Part shown: in pieces, positions 51,046-63,392 of the stretch
How positions within the stretch are numbered: the stretch's first letter is position 1
How the letters are laid out: each line of letters opens with the position of its first letter
Source: Lingula anatina
Taxonomy: Eukaryota > Animalia > Brachiopoda
NCBI GenBank assembly: GCA_051362555.1
Contig: CM120647.1
Span: 620,001 to 684,000 of the forward strand
Direction of reading: 5' to 3'
DNA length: 64,000 nt
Made by a program: the position numbers and the translations under genes
The notes under the pieces: generated by a model
Databases searched by the model: none
What the model was told of the DNA's origin: nothing
The model's input: only the letters and a program-made list of their open reading frames with translations

Positions 51046-51243
51046 TAGTCAGGCGGCTAAGTCCAAATTATACCCAGAATTGTGCAAAAGATGATAAAAG
51101 CATGAAACTTTCCACGATGAATGACTATTGGGTGTTTGTCAACCCCCGATCCAAAATAGACGAACACCCAATGGTCATTCATCGTGGAAAGTTCCATGCT
51201 TTTATCATCTATTGCACAATTTTTTGGCTTAGCCGCCTCACTA
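51046..51243. mobile_element. ~200-bp foldback MITE
   Basis: TAGTSAGGCGGCTAAG termini and long internal inverted arms at ~51078-51142 and ~51158-51221. Confidence 0.8.
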
Positions 51244-52139
51244 TACCGTACTGCACATTTTGCTTTCACCACCAATATGTAACTTTTGATAGCGAAACTC
51301 GAAAACTGTTTGGAATACAAAAAAACAGAGACCACACCGAGTGTTGGGCTTTACATGCTCTACAAAATGCAAAAAAGAATGGGTCTCTAGCATTAACGGT
51401 TCCCGAATTAGAGACAGTTTTCAGTTTCGGCATCTTATGGCCGCTACTCCCATGAAAATGCACCGATTGACCCCAAATTCACGGAGATGAAAGATGACCT
51501 GAAGGGTAACACTTTCCAATTATATTATTGGTTAAGTCTTTGTGGTGTCTGAATAACAGGGCAAAAAAAAATGTTTTCGTAAGAAATTTTATTTTTTTGA
51601 AAATTTTGGCCCGTTTGACCTTGAAGTAAAAGTCAAAGGTCAAATCCAAGGGCATATTTGAAATCTACACATATGACTTTTGGAAAGCCGTCTGTAGAAA
51701 TTTTTCCCATAGCCCCTTCCGTAGGGTAGATAATTAGCATTTAATTTTGCCATTTTTGGACAAGGGTGCATTGCGATGAGTGCCACACCCAGACCCCAAT
51801 ACCGACAAAGCCCAAATTTTACGTGGAACGAGTTGAGATTATAGGTGACCTAAATCCAAGAGATGGGTACAGGGGCCCTTACCATCTAGGAGGAGAAGCG
51901 GTAACGGTAGCCGTCCGGTGGAGCTGGCGGAACGATCTGGACGGGACCGAAACCATTTGTACCGCCAGCGCAAACAACTTCTGGTCAAAAATGACATTAT
52001 TTCATGAAATTTGAATAGCTGGAACTTCTGAGCACCTCCCATTTCAAGAATTTCAACCCAAATGACCTTTTCTTTTTTTTAATTAATTTTTTCTGTTGGA
52101 AATTTATGGCACATCATTGTAACTCCAAAATTATAACAT

Positions 52140-53040
52140 TTAGTCCCTTATATCTCCAAAACTGGCAGAGATAGGTCCATAGCTACTATTAAAGTTGAAT
52201 AGGAAGTCATATACTGGCAATTTTACAGTGACCTTGAAATTGACCTTTGACCTACTTTTCACCATGAATTGAACTATGCAAATTTTTGTTCTCTTTTATC
52301 TCCAAAACTGGCAGAGATAGGTCCATAGTTACTATTGAACTTGAATAGGAAGTCATTAGAGGCAATTTACTGTGACTTTTAAATTGACCTTTGACCTACT
52401 TTTCACCATGAATTGAACTTTGCAAATTTTCGTTCCCTTTTATCTACAAAACTGGCAGGGATAGGTGCATAGTTACTATTGAACTTAAATAGGAAGTCAT
52501 ACACTGGCAAACTAAGTGTGACCTTGAAATTGACCTTTGACCTACTTTTTACTTTGAACTGAACTTTGCAAATTTTTGTTCTCCTTTATCTCCAAAACTG
52601 ACAGAGATAGGTCCATAGTTACTATTGAACTTGAATGGAAAGTCATATACTGGCAATTTACTGTGACCTTAAAATTGACCTTTGACCTACTTTTTACTAT
52701 GAACTGAACTTTGCAAATTTTCGTTCCACTTTATCTCCAAAACTGACAGAGATAGGTCCATAGTTACTATTGAACTTGAATAGGAAGTAATACACTAGCA
52801 ATCTGTGACCTTGAAATTGACCTTTGACCTACTTTTTATGATGAACTGCTTTTTTGCATGTTTTCTGGTCTTTAAATCTGCAAAATTGGCAAGGAAATGC
52901 CCATGGTTGCTATTGAACTTGAATAGAAATTCATATACTATGATATTGAAATTGACCTTTGACCTACTTTTTCACCATGAACTGAGCTTTGCATATTTTC
53001 TTGCCTCTCATATCTTTAAAACTAGCAGAGATGTGCCCAT
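52140..53040. repeat. 146-bp array in reverse orientation, about 6 units
   Basis: Repeated TGACCTTGAAATTGACCTTTGACCTACTTTT is the reverse complement of the 42085-44428 unit. Confidence 0.94.
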
Positions 53041-53052
53041 TGTTGCCCCTAG

Positions 53053-56000
53053 GTTTTCTCTTTTGTCAGCATATATGCACCACTGACAACACATTTCAAG
53101 GATAACCAATAGGCCTTTTATCTAGAGAATACAGGAGTGATCAAGGGTAGGAAAATGCAAGTCAAATTGAAAATCTGCTTGATTGTACCATTTTTAGTTA
53201 TATTTTTTTTTGCATATTTTGAGAACTCTTGTTGATTGCATTTTATAGAGCTTGCCAAGCACAAGACTGGTGATGGTGTCCCTTTTTGGAGGGGGAGGGG
53301 GGGTCCATACGAATGCACTTACTCCAGCTGGTGGTACAATATCCGGAGGCGGTATCGCCTCTCTGATCCTCTAGTTTTTATTATTTTTTTTTGTGTATTT
53401 TTATCATTCTGGCATTTTCAAAGTGTGGGCTTGAACTTTCATGGGCCTGAAGCCTTATGCATCAGCATTGACAGTATCCTTTTTAGTGTGTGCATCATTA
53501 TTTTCTGCTTTATTCTTGAAATTTTTTTGTTAAAAGTTTCATTTTTTTTCCACTGTAGCATTAAGTATGTGGTATATGGATAGGATGGGTGGTCAGTCTG
53601 TAATAGTCTCTTGGGTAAGCATATGATACGGTTTATTTGGGATCAGAGCTGAGGGACAGTGGAAGTATTCTATTCATGCGTCCTTGAATGAAGTCAAAAG
53701 TAAAATATGTGTTGACATTCATTAGGTGTGTGTGAAAGTTATCTTCCAGAGTTTCTCAATGGAAAGTAAAAGAGATAAATGTGACAAAATGTTATTTTGG
53801 CTAGTAATCTGTAATAAAAATCTTGGTGAAATTGAAAAAAGCAACTTTTCTGATTTTGGAACCGAGACGGCAGTTCTGTTGTTTCTGACTAAGTTTTCTC
53901 TTTTGTCAGCATATATGCACCACTGACAACACATTTCAAGGATAACCAATAGGCCTTTTATCTAGAGAATAAAGGAGTGATCAAGGGTAGGAAAATGCAA
54001 GTCAAATTGAAAATCTGCTTGATTGTACCATTTTTAGTTATATTTTTTTTGCATATTTTGAGAACTCTTGTTGATTGCATTTTATAGAGCTTGCCAAGCA
54101 CAAGACTGGTGATGGTGTCCCTTTTTGGAGGGGGGGGGTCCATACGAATGCGCTTACTCCAGCTGGTGGTACAATATCCGGAGGCGGTATCGCCTCTCTG
54201 ATCCTCTAGTTTTTATTTTTTTATGTACAGACACAGATATATTTACAGAGATGATAAATATTCATAAAATGCAGGTCAAGTTCGAAAATCAGTATGAACG
54301 GGCCATTATTGTAGAAGTTATGCTGTTTTTTCACTTTTCAGCATATATGTAACACTGTAAACACATTTCAAGGAAAACAGATAGGCCTGTTGTCAAGATA
54401 CTCACAGGAATAATTGATCTTACTAAAACGCAGGTCAAGTTCGAAAATCGGCATGATCGGGCCACTATTTTAGTAGTTATGCTTTTTTTTTACTTTTCAG
54501 CATATATGCAATATTGTAAACACAATATAAGAAAAACAGATAGGCCAATTGTCATTAAACTCACAGGAGTGGTCAATCCTGTTAAACTCAGGTTGAGTTC
54601 AAAAATTAGCATAATCGAGCCATCATTTTAGAAGTTATGCTGTTTTTTTACATTTCCTCAGATTCAATTCTTAGGCATGTTAACAGTTTCATTATTTAAT
54701 TAATAAGATATGTAAAAGTGTTTGTTTGACCTTTCCTGCATCTTTACAACATTGTTAGTTGATTTTGTAAAAATGATGGTAAACTTAATATCGTGTATTG
54801 TGTAATAATGTTTCAAAAATGGAAATAAACTCATATCATTGCAGTTTGTCAAATTCAATCATTCACTATGTTCAGAATCTCAGAATGGAGGAAATTGTAC
54901 ATTTCACACTGCTCTATTGATATTTTCCCCATCTCATCAATTTTCTTAGTTGATCATATAAAAATGGCAGTAAACTTGTACTTGTGTTTTATATTAAAAA
55001 TTGTTAAAAATGGAAAAAAAAAACATTTTAGAACAGTGCTGTCTTGTTTACATTTTGGCATTTTCAAGTTGTGACTTTGAAGTTCCATGGGCCTGAAGAC
55101 CTTTGCTAGTCACATTTTCTGAATATCCATAATACTAATATTTTATTATTAAAAATTGATGGTCATTATGCTGTTCATTTTGTAATATTGCATCAAAATT
55201 TGAAAAAAAAAACTATTTTGGGCACTGCTCCCATGATGACCATTTAAGAAAAACCATGTCACTTACTGTTCTCAAACTTACAGGAAAGAAACATGGGACT
55301 GAAATACAGCTTCAGTAGGCAATGCAGTCTGTTTGGTAATTCTTACTGCCAGTTAAACAGTTTTTTTTGTGAAAATTTAATTTTGCACATATTGGCATTT
55401 TCAAGGTGTGACTTTGAAGTTCTACGGGCTTGAAGACCCATGCTAGTCACATTTGCTGAAAATCCATGATACATGTATTTTGTTATTAAAAATTGACGGT
55501 CATTATGCTATTAACCATTATGTAATATTGCATCAGAATAGAAGAAAACACAATTTTGGGTGTTGCCGCCATGATGACCATTATGGGAAAACCATGTTAC
55601 TTATGATTGCCAAACTTTCAAAAAAGAAATACAGGACTAAAATGCAGCCTGAGTTGGAAAAGCAGTCTAATTGGCTTCTTTTTCTGGAAGTTATACGTTT
55701 TCATAGTGTGAACTTGAACTCCCATGGGCCTGAAGCCTTATGCTTGTTACACATTTTACTTACATTGGTATTGCCTGTTGAGCATAATTAAAATTTGATT
55801 TTGAATTTGCAGTTTAACATAAAGTACTTTTGCATCAGAATTGACAGTAGCCTATTTTGTGCATAGTTATTTCCTGATTTTTGTCTGTACATTTGACAGC
55901 TTTGCTGCCTTGTTTTTTTGTGTATTTTTATCATTCTGGCATTTTCAAAGTGTGGGCTTGAACTTTCATGGGCCTGAAGCCTTATGCATCAGCATCATTA

Positions 56001-56390
56001 TCTTCTGCTTTATTCTTGAAGTTTTTTTTTTGTTAAAAGTTTCATTTTTTTCCATTGTAGCATTAAGTATGTGGTATATGGATAGGATGGGTGGTCAGTC
56101 TGTAATAGTCTCTTGGGTAAGCATATGATACGGTTTATTTGGGATCAGAGCTGAGGGACAGTGGAAGTATTCTATTCATGCGTCCTTGAATGAAGTCAAA
56201 AGTAAAATATGTGTTGACATTCATTAGGTGTGTGTGAACGTTATCTTCCAGAGTTTCTCAATGGAAAGTAAAAAGATAAACGTGACAAAATGTTATTTTG
56301 GCTAGTAATCTGTAATAAAAATCTTAGTGAAATTGAAAAAAGCAACTTTTCTGATTTTGGAACCGAGACGGCAGTTCTGTTGTTTCTGAC
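53053..56390. repeat. ~840-bp tandem duplication; second unit interrupted by HINE-A copy 4
   Basis: 53053-53380 = 53893-54215, and 53385-53890 = ~55915-56390. Confidence 0.88.
54219..55914 (+). mobile_element. HINE family A copy 4
   Basis: ATGTACAGACACAGAT at 54223 (rest of head deleted), 161-bp-type units, full 3' end at 55882-55914; inserted in a T-run; empty site at ~53385. Confidence 0.82.
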
Positions 56391-56764
56391 TCACCGACTT
56401 CGCCCCCTGATAATAAGCTAAGTTCAGAGCTTTCCTATTTAAGTCTGAAGAGGCCATTAAAAGAGATTACATAAAGCACACATGCTAAAATTTTATTATC
56501 TTTAAACTCAAGTGGGATGATTAATATCATGGTAATACAGATTGAGTGGCAGCTTTAGTGGAAAATTTTTAATAATTTTTCCTTTATTTTTTTATTTATT
56601 TATTTTTTTCAAACTGGCATTTTCAAGATGTGACTTTTCACTCCTGTCCACCAGGAGCTCTGTACTGTTACTTTGTAACATTTTCTGTATTTTTTTAACT
56701 AACAAGAATGATTGTTAGGACTGACATTCAACTGTAATTAGAAAAAAAATCTATTGAATTATGA

Positions 56765-57355
56765 TTTTTATGTACAGACACAGATTTGTCTGTACACATG
56801 GCCATCACTGGCGTCTGTCGTTGCCGTCATCACCATCGTCGCAGTGCACTTTTACCGAAAATACCATAAGTGGGGAACTGTTTTTTCTTTTGGATTGAAA
56901 AGTGTAGTACTGATGAATATTCATAATACGCAGGTCAAATACAAAAATCAGCATGATTGGGCCATTTTTATGGAAATTATGATGTTTTTAAACTTTTTTC
57001 AGCATATATAAAGCACTGATAATGCAATAAATGAAAAACCATTTTAGATTTTGGTTTTACAGAAATGTTGAGTATTCATAATTCGCAGGTCAAGTTTGAA
57101 AATCAGCATGATCGGGTCATTTATATGGAAGTTGTGCTTTTTTTTTCACTTTTTTTCAGAATGTATGCAACACCGATAACATGATAAGTGAAAATCCGTT
57201 TTACTTTCTGGTTTGAAACTTACAGAACTGATGAATAATCACAATACAAAAGTCAAATTTGAAAATTTGCACTATCGGGCCAGTTTTATGGAAGTTATGC
57301 TGGGTTTTTTTTTTTTTTCACTTTTTTCAGCATATATGCCACACTGATAACAAGA
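56765..57355 (+). mobile_element. HINE family A copy 5 (3' truncated)
   Basis: 5' hairpin at 56770 and three 161-bp-type units. Confidence 0.75.
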
Positions 57356-57483
57356 TATGTTTTGGTGTGTTTGACTCATAATATTGATTGAGTTGTCAGA
57401 GCCCATTTGCCGGGACATGGCTGGATTGCCATGCCACGTTACCCACCCTGCAACACGGGGAGGTGGGGGTTGAACTTTGCAGG

Positions 57484-57515
<32 letters not shown>

Positions 57516-57531
57516 GTAAATGTTCTTGCAG

Positions 57532-57792
57532 ATCCTGTCCCGCCAGAAATAATTTTTGCTACGTCTGTGTCTACTACAACAGCCATCATAAAATGGAACT
57601 ATCCAAAGGGCCATTATGACCATATGATTGTCACTCTCACTGACTTTACTTCTAAAAATACACATGAAATACTAACAAAAGAGCTCAGGCAATACTGGAC
57701 TGGTCTTCACCCTGCGTCATGTTACCGTGTGTCCGTCGAGACGGTAAAAGGATCAAAGAGAAGTGCAACTATATCTCACGATTTCTGCACAG
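57532..57792 (+). CDS. FN3 domain exon 2 (phase 1-1)
   Basis: cag/gtatgt, 261 nt; PVPPEI...AIIKWNYPKGHYDHMIVTL...WTGLHPASCYRVSVETVKGSKRS...FCT. Confidence 0.93.
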
Positions 57793-58297
57793 GTATGTAC
57801 AAAATATATATTTGAAAATTCACCCGTACTCCAGTCGCAATCTGGTTATTTGTGAACCATGCTGTATACATGTATCTGTACATTTGAAAAATTCATGGCG
57901 ATTACATTTTGACAACAGGATATTCTCATACCATTAAATAATTTAACTATTGATGCTTAGCAGATTAGTAAAGTCAAAGTCAAGAAATCGAAATAATCTT
58001 TTTGAAAGTAAAAAAAATAGAATAAAAAATCCTTACAGGTCACAATTATAGGAGAGAACGCTTTAAATGACTGATCAAATATAAACGTTTTTTTATTTAT
58101 TTGCAACTATTGCATGATGTGCAACGATACATTAAAGGTAAATGCCATATGGTAGCAATTAAATAGTAACTGAAAAGTGACATTTTTGCCATTATTGGTT
58201 TTTTAATGATTTATCCTTGTGTTGCTATATATTTTAGAAACTTGAATTAGTAGATGGAAAATGTTAATATCTGCGCTCTCATTACTTTATTTTACAG

Positions 58298-58570
58298 CGC
58301 CTTTGCCCCCCAAGGGTATTGCCGTCAATCCTGGAGCACATACTGCAAACATAGTATGGAATTATCCAAACAAACATGAAGACGATGGCATCAGTTTCGA
58401 AATCAAGTATTGGGAAGTGAACACTCATGGGCATGTACAAAATGTATCTTCTGAAACCTTGCAGACAACACTAAAAACATTAACTCCAGGGGCAGTGTAC
58501 AAGGCACAAGTAAGGGCTGTCTTTCAAGGGACGAAGAGTGATGATTTCAATGAGACATCGTTCATTACAG
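58298..58570 (+). CDS. FN3 domain exon 3 (phase 1-1)
   Basis: cag/gttatt, 273 nt; PLPPKGI...ANIVWNYP...FEIKYW...LKTLTPGAVYKAQVRAV...FIT. Confidence 0.92.
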
Positions 58571-58946
58571 GTTATTGTCAAGCATTATTTTTGCACTATA
58601 TATTTAGAAATGCTAGCAGGAAGGAAGATCCATCCATGCATTTGTACTTCAGTGTGTTTGTTTTATTTTGATAGTTAATTGGCTTATTGTTTTACATTTA
58701 ATGTACCCCGAACAAAGCAAAGAATGGCAAAGAAAGGACCTTGTTTATTTGTAGACTATGGCTGCGTGCGGTACTCTCAGTAAAATAATAACTAACAACT
58801 AAACTTGAGTTGTCACAACCTATTTTTTATACAGAAATTATTGTTGAACCTTTGATTGTGTAACTTAACCGGGTGTATTTTTACCAGGGTAAAGTAAGAT
58901 GCCATTTTGGTTACTTATTGTAAACACATTTCTTGTTTTTATCTAG

Positions 58947-59219
58947 AACCACTCTGTGCAACTGATGTACACGTGGAAGGTTTCACCAACTATGCCGAAG
59001 TGTCCTGGAAACCACCTACTCAGGGAATAGTTAAGGGTTATCATATCGAACTTTGGCCTGCTGATAACCCATCAGAAAAGCGAATGAAATTGCTCAAATT
59101 TCCTGCAGTCAAGGGATCAATTGATGGCCTCAAAAGAGGGACCAAGTACACTGTGGTTTTGAAATCTGTTGTGGACTGGCACGAAAGTCAGTGTGCAGAT
59201 GAAAAAATGTTTTATACAG
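58947..59219 (+). CDS. FN3 domain exon 4 (phase 1-1)
   Basis: tag/gtgaga, 273 nt; AEVSWKPP..GIVKGYHIEL...IDGLKRGTKYTVVLKSV...FYT. Confidence 0.93.
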
Positions 59220-59221
59220 GT

Positions 59222-59245
59222 GAGAGAGAGAGAGAGAGAGAGAGA
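59222..59245. repeat. (GA)n microsatellite abutting the splice donor
   Basis: Direct reading. Confidence 0.93.
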
Positions 59246-59379
59246 ATTTCTGATGCTGGTGCATACGCAGGTTGGATTGATATAATTAGTCCGTAAACGT
59301 GTACCATTTTTTATCTGGGTGTCATGTTCAGGTCTGCTGGTTTTTCTTGTTGTCCCCCCCCCTTTCCTCCAACGCACAT

Positions 59380-62300
59380 CCCTTAGCAAAATGAAAAGTG
59401 TGCAGCACATGTGCTGCAGATGTGCTGCACATGTGCTGCACACTCTAGAGTGTGCAGTAGACAGCTTTGGGGAGTGTGCAGAAGTGTGCAATAAAGTTCT
59501 TTCTTGTTGCACACCTACTGCACACTTCCATAAGTACAGATAGTGTGCAGAAAGTATGCAAGAGACTTGCTGTTTCAATAGAAGCATGCGGAGAGTGTGC
59601 AATAATCTTAAAATTTTAACAAGAGTGTGCAACAAGTGTGCAGAAAATGTAATTTTTCTGTCATGAGTGTGCAGAAAATGTGCAAGACACTTGGTTTTTC
59701 AACAGCTGTGTGCAGAAAGCATGCAATAAACTTACAATTTTGTCAGGAGTGTGCAACAAGTGTACAGGAAACTTACAAATTTTAAGTTGTGTGAATTGAA
59801 AATATATACAACAAGCTTTTAATTTTATCGGGGTATGCTATTTTTGAGTAAAAACCTTATCATTTGATTATTTTTAATGTACCAATACAAGATACATATT
59901 TATGCCATTGACAATTACACAAACAAAATACTTCAATACACATTTTACTTTATATCCATCAATTAGAAATAATCAATACTTATATAAAATTTTAATTATT
60001 ATCATATACAGTATAAGTGGCAAGTACACTATGATTAATAATACACTATTGTGAGCTATAGTGGGTATTTATGTCGCAGGCCAGAGAGAAATCCAGCCAA
60101 ATTAGTCCAACAAACAAATCAATAACATTATGTAAAGCTAGTTATAAATTGTATTGTTCTAACAAACTATGGTGTTTACCTCACTCAAAGTATGAGAATA
60201 AGTCAAGGTCAATAAAAGTTTAACAACATCTAATAGAAAAATGCTTAATCAACCCTTTAAACTCATTCACTAAATCACAACTTTTGCAATGCTATGCCAG
60301 CCATTAAAAAAGTTTATTATCAGGATGTATCAAAACAGTCATGAAATCTAGGGTTGTGGTAAATTATAAACATGGCTCCTACTAGTATAATCTTGACTTT
60401 GCTAGTTAATTTTCACAAAAAGATAAAAACACAGTAAATGTATTTTTAGTATTTTTTATGATATTTACTAGCTTCATATTTCTTCTATTATATTGAAAGT
60501 CAACCTTACATAGTCATATTTTAATCTTGCATATAGTCGGATTTTACTTGACCTTGGCTGTTTTAAAAAGTGAAATTTCAATCCAGCCTAATATATATAT
60601 AATGTAATGTAAAAGTAAGTGAACATAAAGGGTATAGTACTGTCCCTCATACAGGGTGGGAAACAAGGACAAATTTATATTTTTAAAGATACATTTTATT
60701 ATAAGTCATGCTCAATCACACTTTAAGCCTAGGGTTTAACAGCCAACTGATGTTAGAGAATGCCCTACTCCACCAACCACAGATTCAACAACTGTGAATT
60801 TCTTTTGTTAGCCTGGCACCTATTATTAGGTCTCTGTTCCTGCAGCTATTGTTACACCAATTACAACAACCACCTATTTGGTGTTATCAGATGTGTGGTA
60901 TCCTGTCTAAGTCTTTGTTTATGAGACAAACAGCAAATGAGTGAAGGCTGTTTACTATCAAGCCAGTTTTAACTCAGGAGCATAGTGGAAAAGTACACAG
61001 TGTAGAAAAAAGATTGAGGAAGGTATGTTTTACAGTAATGCATTGGATCATTTGGGCATCTAATCAAATTGAAAATGAGAAAATTGATCTAATTTGTAGT
61101 GTACATTGTAAACATTATATCTATATTACATTAAATAAGTTATAATTTATAATGTATACTTCCCTTTTAGCCAACAAAGAAACGAGGATATAGAATGCAA
61201 TCACTGTTTAGTCTCTTCATTTCTTATAAAACTGTGATCAATTGCTCACCAAAATGTTTCTTCAAATGCAGTTGAATCTAAAAAAAATCTGTCTCTTACT
61301 GTGTTACTTGAACAAATGGATATTTGTTGAATAATTGTTCATTTCAGGTGATCCTAGAGAGTGGACAACATACAGAAGCTGGCATGACAAGACTGGAAGG
61401 GACACTTTGCTGTGAATATCTATAGTTGGTGGCTCATCGAAACTGATAAAGAAGTTACTAGAGAGTTTTTTCAGCCTACAAGAACTGTCAGCAACAGTTT
61501 CTTTTGTGAAGGATTCTCTAGTTGAAAGAGCTATGCAGAGTAAGCTTTAAAAGAGAACAACACTAACTGCAAGTTGATTACATCATTTAACAAGTATATG
61601 TTGAAAATATGTGAAAAAGTGAATGCAACCATAAATGGGTCCTAAGATTTCAACATAACATAGATGCGTGAGAAATGTATATACAGTATTCTTCAAAGCA
61701 GTTTTAGCACTTCGTTTTTTTTTTTTTTTTTTAATATCCAAGACAATTTTCTGCCTACCTTTCTACCTTTTCTTTATATGAACAATAAACACTTGAACTT
61801 GATTTTAGGACTTCTCAAACAGTAATGTGTATATTGATGTTTTTTTGTCCTCCACATGGATGTTTAAGATTTGGATGTTTTAAAAGCATTGTGCACAGTG
61901 TGGTAAATTTGTAGGACTTTATGGTATACTCTTTTTTTTAGATGGACGGAGCAGGACAGGATGAGTAAAGAAGAGAAATGTGGCAGAAAGACATAAAGAA
62001 GAGAAATATGGACATGGTTTGGATTTTGTTGATTTTGTTTGATTTTTTAATTTGATTAATAAAGCACAATATATGACTGTAATCTCTTGTTTGTTGTTGA
62101 TAAACAGATTTAACAATATTTTTTTGGCACGTCTTTAAATGTAACTCAGAACCTGTCTTTGTAGAATTAATATTACTGATTGAAAAATGAGTGAATAAAA
62201 TATAAATTGTTATAAAATATTTAAATTAGTGTGCAAGAAAGTATGCACAAAGTGCCCAGGAGGTGTGCAAGAAGTGCACAAGAGGTGTGCAAAAAGTACG

Positions 62301-62619
62301 CAGGAGGTGTGCAAGACGTATGCAGGAGGTGTGCAAGATGTGTGCAGGAAGTGTGCAAAAAGTACGCAGAAGGTATGCAAGAAGTACGCAGAAGGTATGC
62401 AAGAAATACGCAGGAGGTATGCAAGAGGTATGCAAGAAGTGAGCTGGTTGTGGTGTAGGGGGTATGCAGTTAGTGTGCAGGAGATGTGCAAGGAGTGTGC
62501 AGGAGGTGCGTATTTTACCATGCAAATGAGGCGTGCTGCACATCCGCAGAAACCCTTACTGTGAATCTGCTGCGCATCCGCAGAAACAGTGTGGGAGAAG
62601 CATAAAATTTTGCTACGGG
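59380..62619. mobile_element. Non-autonomous CMC/EnSpm-like DNA transposon, copy 2 (3240 bp, inverted relative to copy 1)
   Basis: CCCTTAGCAAA...TTTGCTACGGG with 2-bp TSD AT; colinear reverse complement of 8116-11391. Confidence 0.9.
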
Positions 62620-62856
62620 ATGTCAGGTGAGAGGCAATACGTGTATAAAGAAAACAAATCTATCAATTTGATTGCCATTTCAGTCGATTTCTATATAGCA
62701 AGAGTACACAAGTTGTGTTTAAGAAGTTGGTTCAATCAACTAAGACCTGCCAAATCAAAATAATTTTTGTAACACCGATCAAAATTTTAAATACTGCTGC
62801 CCTTTGATTAGATTTTGCAGCGGCCATTTACACTACAGTTTAACGAAACTGAGGGT

Positions 62857-62988
62857 CAGTGTAACAGAAAATACACCCACCATTTAGTTATAATGGTTAG
62901 GGTTAGCCTGACCTAAGGGGGTCAAAATCGATGGCGAGGCTTACCTGTACAAATGGATGGGGAGTTGACTCTCTTTCTGATTACACTG
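62857..62988. mobile_element. Small MITE-like element with internal GGTTAGGGTTAG
   Basis: Imperfect TIR CAGTGTAA(T)CAGAAA at both ends; TSD not evident. Confidence 0.4.
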
Positions 62989-63392
62989 TTAATTGCAGGT
63001 TTTTTTATGAATCCTTTTCTAGACTTGGCAACACACGATAACACACAAATAAACACAGCTTGGTGATGCAATATTTCAGTAATATATCCCACAGGAAAAG
63101 GAAATTATTAAATGTTTGATTGGATAAAAGAAACAAAGATACATTAAAAACAGCCTGTCAGTGTAATGCATTATGCCAATTTATATCAGCTTATTGTCAG
63201 GCGTACCATGTATGCATAAATTCCCACCATTATCTAGGATGAAATAAGCTGATCTCGTGCATCGCATTAATATTAATGGTATTAAGTATGACAATAGAAA
63301 ATGTTAAATTGATCTCTCGCCTTTGTAAGTCTTATATAACAAGAAAGTATAACTCATAATAGCCAAGTCTAATGTGTTCCTATCTATCCTAG

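Larger units (their letters stand above)
41873..51990 (-). mobile_element. HINE family B inner copy, inserted in opposite orientation into the outer copy
   Basis: 51244-51970 is the reverse complement of ~41104-41847; 41873-42085 is the reverse complement of the 3' tail ~53165-53380; the satellite runs in the opposite orientation. Confidence 0.75.
41083..53376 (+). mobile_element. HINE family B outer copy
   Basis: 5' T-run plus hairpin TGTACCACCAG-TGTAGGCG-CTGGCGGTACA; 3' subterminal CTGGTGGTACA, hairpin GAGGCG-GTAT-CGCCTC and CTAGTT at ~53327-53376; 146-bp array at ~52140-53040. Confidence 0.72.

Noticed and set aside
41104-51970. ~740-bp inverted repeats read as TIRs of a single foldback or Maverick element
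   Set aside because: Each arm begins with a Helentron-type 5' hairpin and has its own 3' tail elsewhere, and there is no TSD; two nested HINE-B copies explain it better.
57477-57531. Poly-Tyr/poly-Leu/poly-Ile N-termini in ORF calls (apparent signal peptide)
   Set aside because: Derived from the intronic (ATT)n microsatellite upstream of the real acceptor at 57531/57532.
62895-62906. Telomeric TTAGGG-like repeat
   Set aside because: Only two units, inside a small MITE-like element; not an interstitial telomere array.
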